Under the pieces are notes generated by a model that was given only the letters and a program-made list of their open reading frames with translations, did not search any database and was not told where the DNA came from. Shown piece by piece: positions 45,163 to 46,422 of a stretch of DNA of 46,422 nucleotides. The stretch covers positions 1-46,422 of the IMG/VR virus record IMGVR_UViG_3300042921_000092; one strand, 5' to 3'. The translations under genes were made by a program, and so were the position numbers. Source of the DNA: a virus (taxonomy: Duplodnaviria > Caudoviricetes). The number at the start of each line of letters is the position of its first letter. Position 1 is the stretch's first letter.

Positions 45163-46422
45163 CTACTTATTTGGATGGGACAGTCTTGCTGCGATCGCAT
45201 CCGCAATGATCTGCTGGTTCTGTCGCTGCGCGTCAATTTTCCGGTGGGCATAGCGGAGCGTAGTATCAATTTTCGAGTGGCCCAGAAGCTTCTGGATCAT
45301 TTCGATTTCGACTTTGTGATCCACGCCTGCGGTCGCGAAAACGTGGCGCAGGTCCCTGATTGTCAAATCCTCTATGCGCGCCATTTCCTTGATCTTACCC
45401 CAAGCTTTCTTAGGGTTGATCATATGCCGGTGCAAAATCGTTCCGTCCGGGTTGGTTCCGGGTTTGCCCGGGATAAGCCAAGGGTTATCCCTCCAGTCGG
45501 GGTGTTCCAGCCGATCTTTGATGATCAGCATGGCGTAATCGTTAAGGATGATATCCTTTTTCTTTCGGCGGGTGCTTTTCCGTGTAGTAGCGGTTTTGTG
45601 ATCCCCGATTGTCAGGATTTGGCGAATCGGGTCAATCTGGTCCAGTCTGGCGGTCATAATTTCATTGCGGCGTGTGCCCGTGAATATAACCAATCGAACC
45701 AGCCAGCAGATAGCAACATTTCCGATCTGGTATCGTTCATACTCGTCAAGCGCCTTTGCCAGCGCGCCCCATTCCCAATCGGCCAAATCTCTTTCCCTGC
45801 CTTCTTCCGGATCGGCCTGCACAAACCTGCAGGGATTAGACCCGTCGGGGCGCATTTTCCATAGCTCGGCAAGGTTAAACATTTTGCTCATGCACGACAG
45901 GGCGCGGTTTCCATTGACGGTGTATTTTTCTTGCATGTCGCGGTGAAGTCGAAAGATGTGATCATAGTCGACTTCATCGACGGCCATCTTGCCGATCGCG
46001 GGCAGGATATGCTTTTGTAGCAATATCCGGTCATTCTCGCGGGATTGGCCTTCCTTGCGTTTTACATCGACGTGATCGGCCAGGTATCGCTCGGCCAGAT
46101 CGCTGACTGTGGCTTTATGCTCGGGCATGCGTGCTGCTTGCCGCTGCTGTGACGGGTCGCCGCCTTGGTGCACAATGGCCAGCCATTCTTCGGCCTGCTT
46201 GCGCGCCGATGGGACCTTGAATGGTCCAAAATTTCCGATTTTCGGTTTGCGTTGTTTGCCGGTTTGGGTCCGGTAAAACAGCCCGAAGCTTTTGCCTCCG
46301 GTCTTTGTTATCTTCAAAAACAGCCCCGGAACCTGTGTGTCCCAAATAATTAGATCGCCTTCGGGGGATGGGGTTGTGTCTTTGCAAAGCGTATTTGTGA
46401 GCGAAATTTTTAAGGAGGGCAT
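45163..46422 (-). CDS. int: Tyrosine integrase with arm-binding N-terminal domain
   Basis: IWD..VPGL.L.I...G.KSF..YR...G..RK.KIG N-domain; FTGTRRNE (R), RDLRH, LLGHS, RYAH (Y). Confidence 0.95.
   Translation of the reverse strand: MPSLKISLTNTLCKDTTPSPEGDLIIWDTQVPGLFLKITKTGGKSFGLFYRTQTGKQRKPKIGNFGPFKVPSARKQAEEWLAIVHQGGDPSQQRQAARMPEHKATVSDLAERYLADHVDVKRKEGQSRENDRILLQKHILPAIGKMAVDEVDYDHIFRLHRDMQEKYTVNGNRALSCMSKMFNLAELWKMRPDGSNPCRFVQADPEEGRERDLADWEWGALAKALDEYERYQIGNVAICWLVRLVIFTGTRRNEIMTARLDQIDPIRQILTIGDHKTATTRKSTRRKKKDIILNDYAMLIIKDRLEHPDWRDNPWLIPGKPGTNPDGTILHRHMINPKKAWGKIKEMARIEDLTIRDLRHVFATAGVDHKVEIEMIQKLLGHSKIDTTLRYAHRKIDAQRQNQQIIADAIAARLSHPNK

Larger units (their letters stand above)
1..46422. 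mobile_element. Temperate phage/prophage (lambda-like cos head, Mu-like contractile tail)
   Basis: Complete ordered set of integration, immunity, replication, packaging, head, tail, baseplate and lysis genes; no host housekeeping genes seen. Confidence 0.97.

Overview
The window is an apparently complete (~46.4 kb) temperate phage/prophage, most likely of an Alphaproteobacterium (inference from gene families and composition; host not determinable here). Left arm (minus strand): excisionase-like HTH, C5-cytosine MTase, DUF5131 radical-SAM-like protein, ASCH, HD hydrolase, YfdQ/YfdP-like genes and several small ORFs. Then a cI/cro/cII-like switch and a replication region: a CHC2/Toprim primase carrying a LAGLIDADG intein inside its zinc finger, an amino-MTase, an antisense hicAB toxin-antitoxin pair, a c4/CI-like antisense RNA cassette and a D5-type helicase. 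A lambda-like cos site and head module (Nu1/A/W/B/C/D/E/FI/FII) is joined to a Mu-like contractile tail and baseplate. A moron/antirepressor insertion follows the tape measure gene. The window ends with a lectin-like tail fibre, a lysis cassette (holin, SLT endolysin, Rz/Rz1), a Dam-type MTase and a tyrosine integrase. Most notable: the intein whose +1 residue is a zinc ligand; the c4-like RNA upstream of the helicase, back-to-back with hicAB; tandem repeat-delimited cassettes with ORFs on both strands; and C-terminal Ala-Ala (ClpXP-degron-like) ends confined to early proteins. All product calls are from motif recognition, not database searches.
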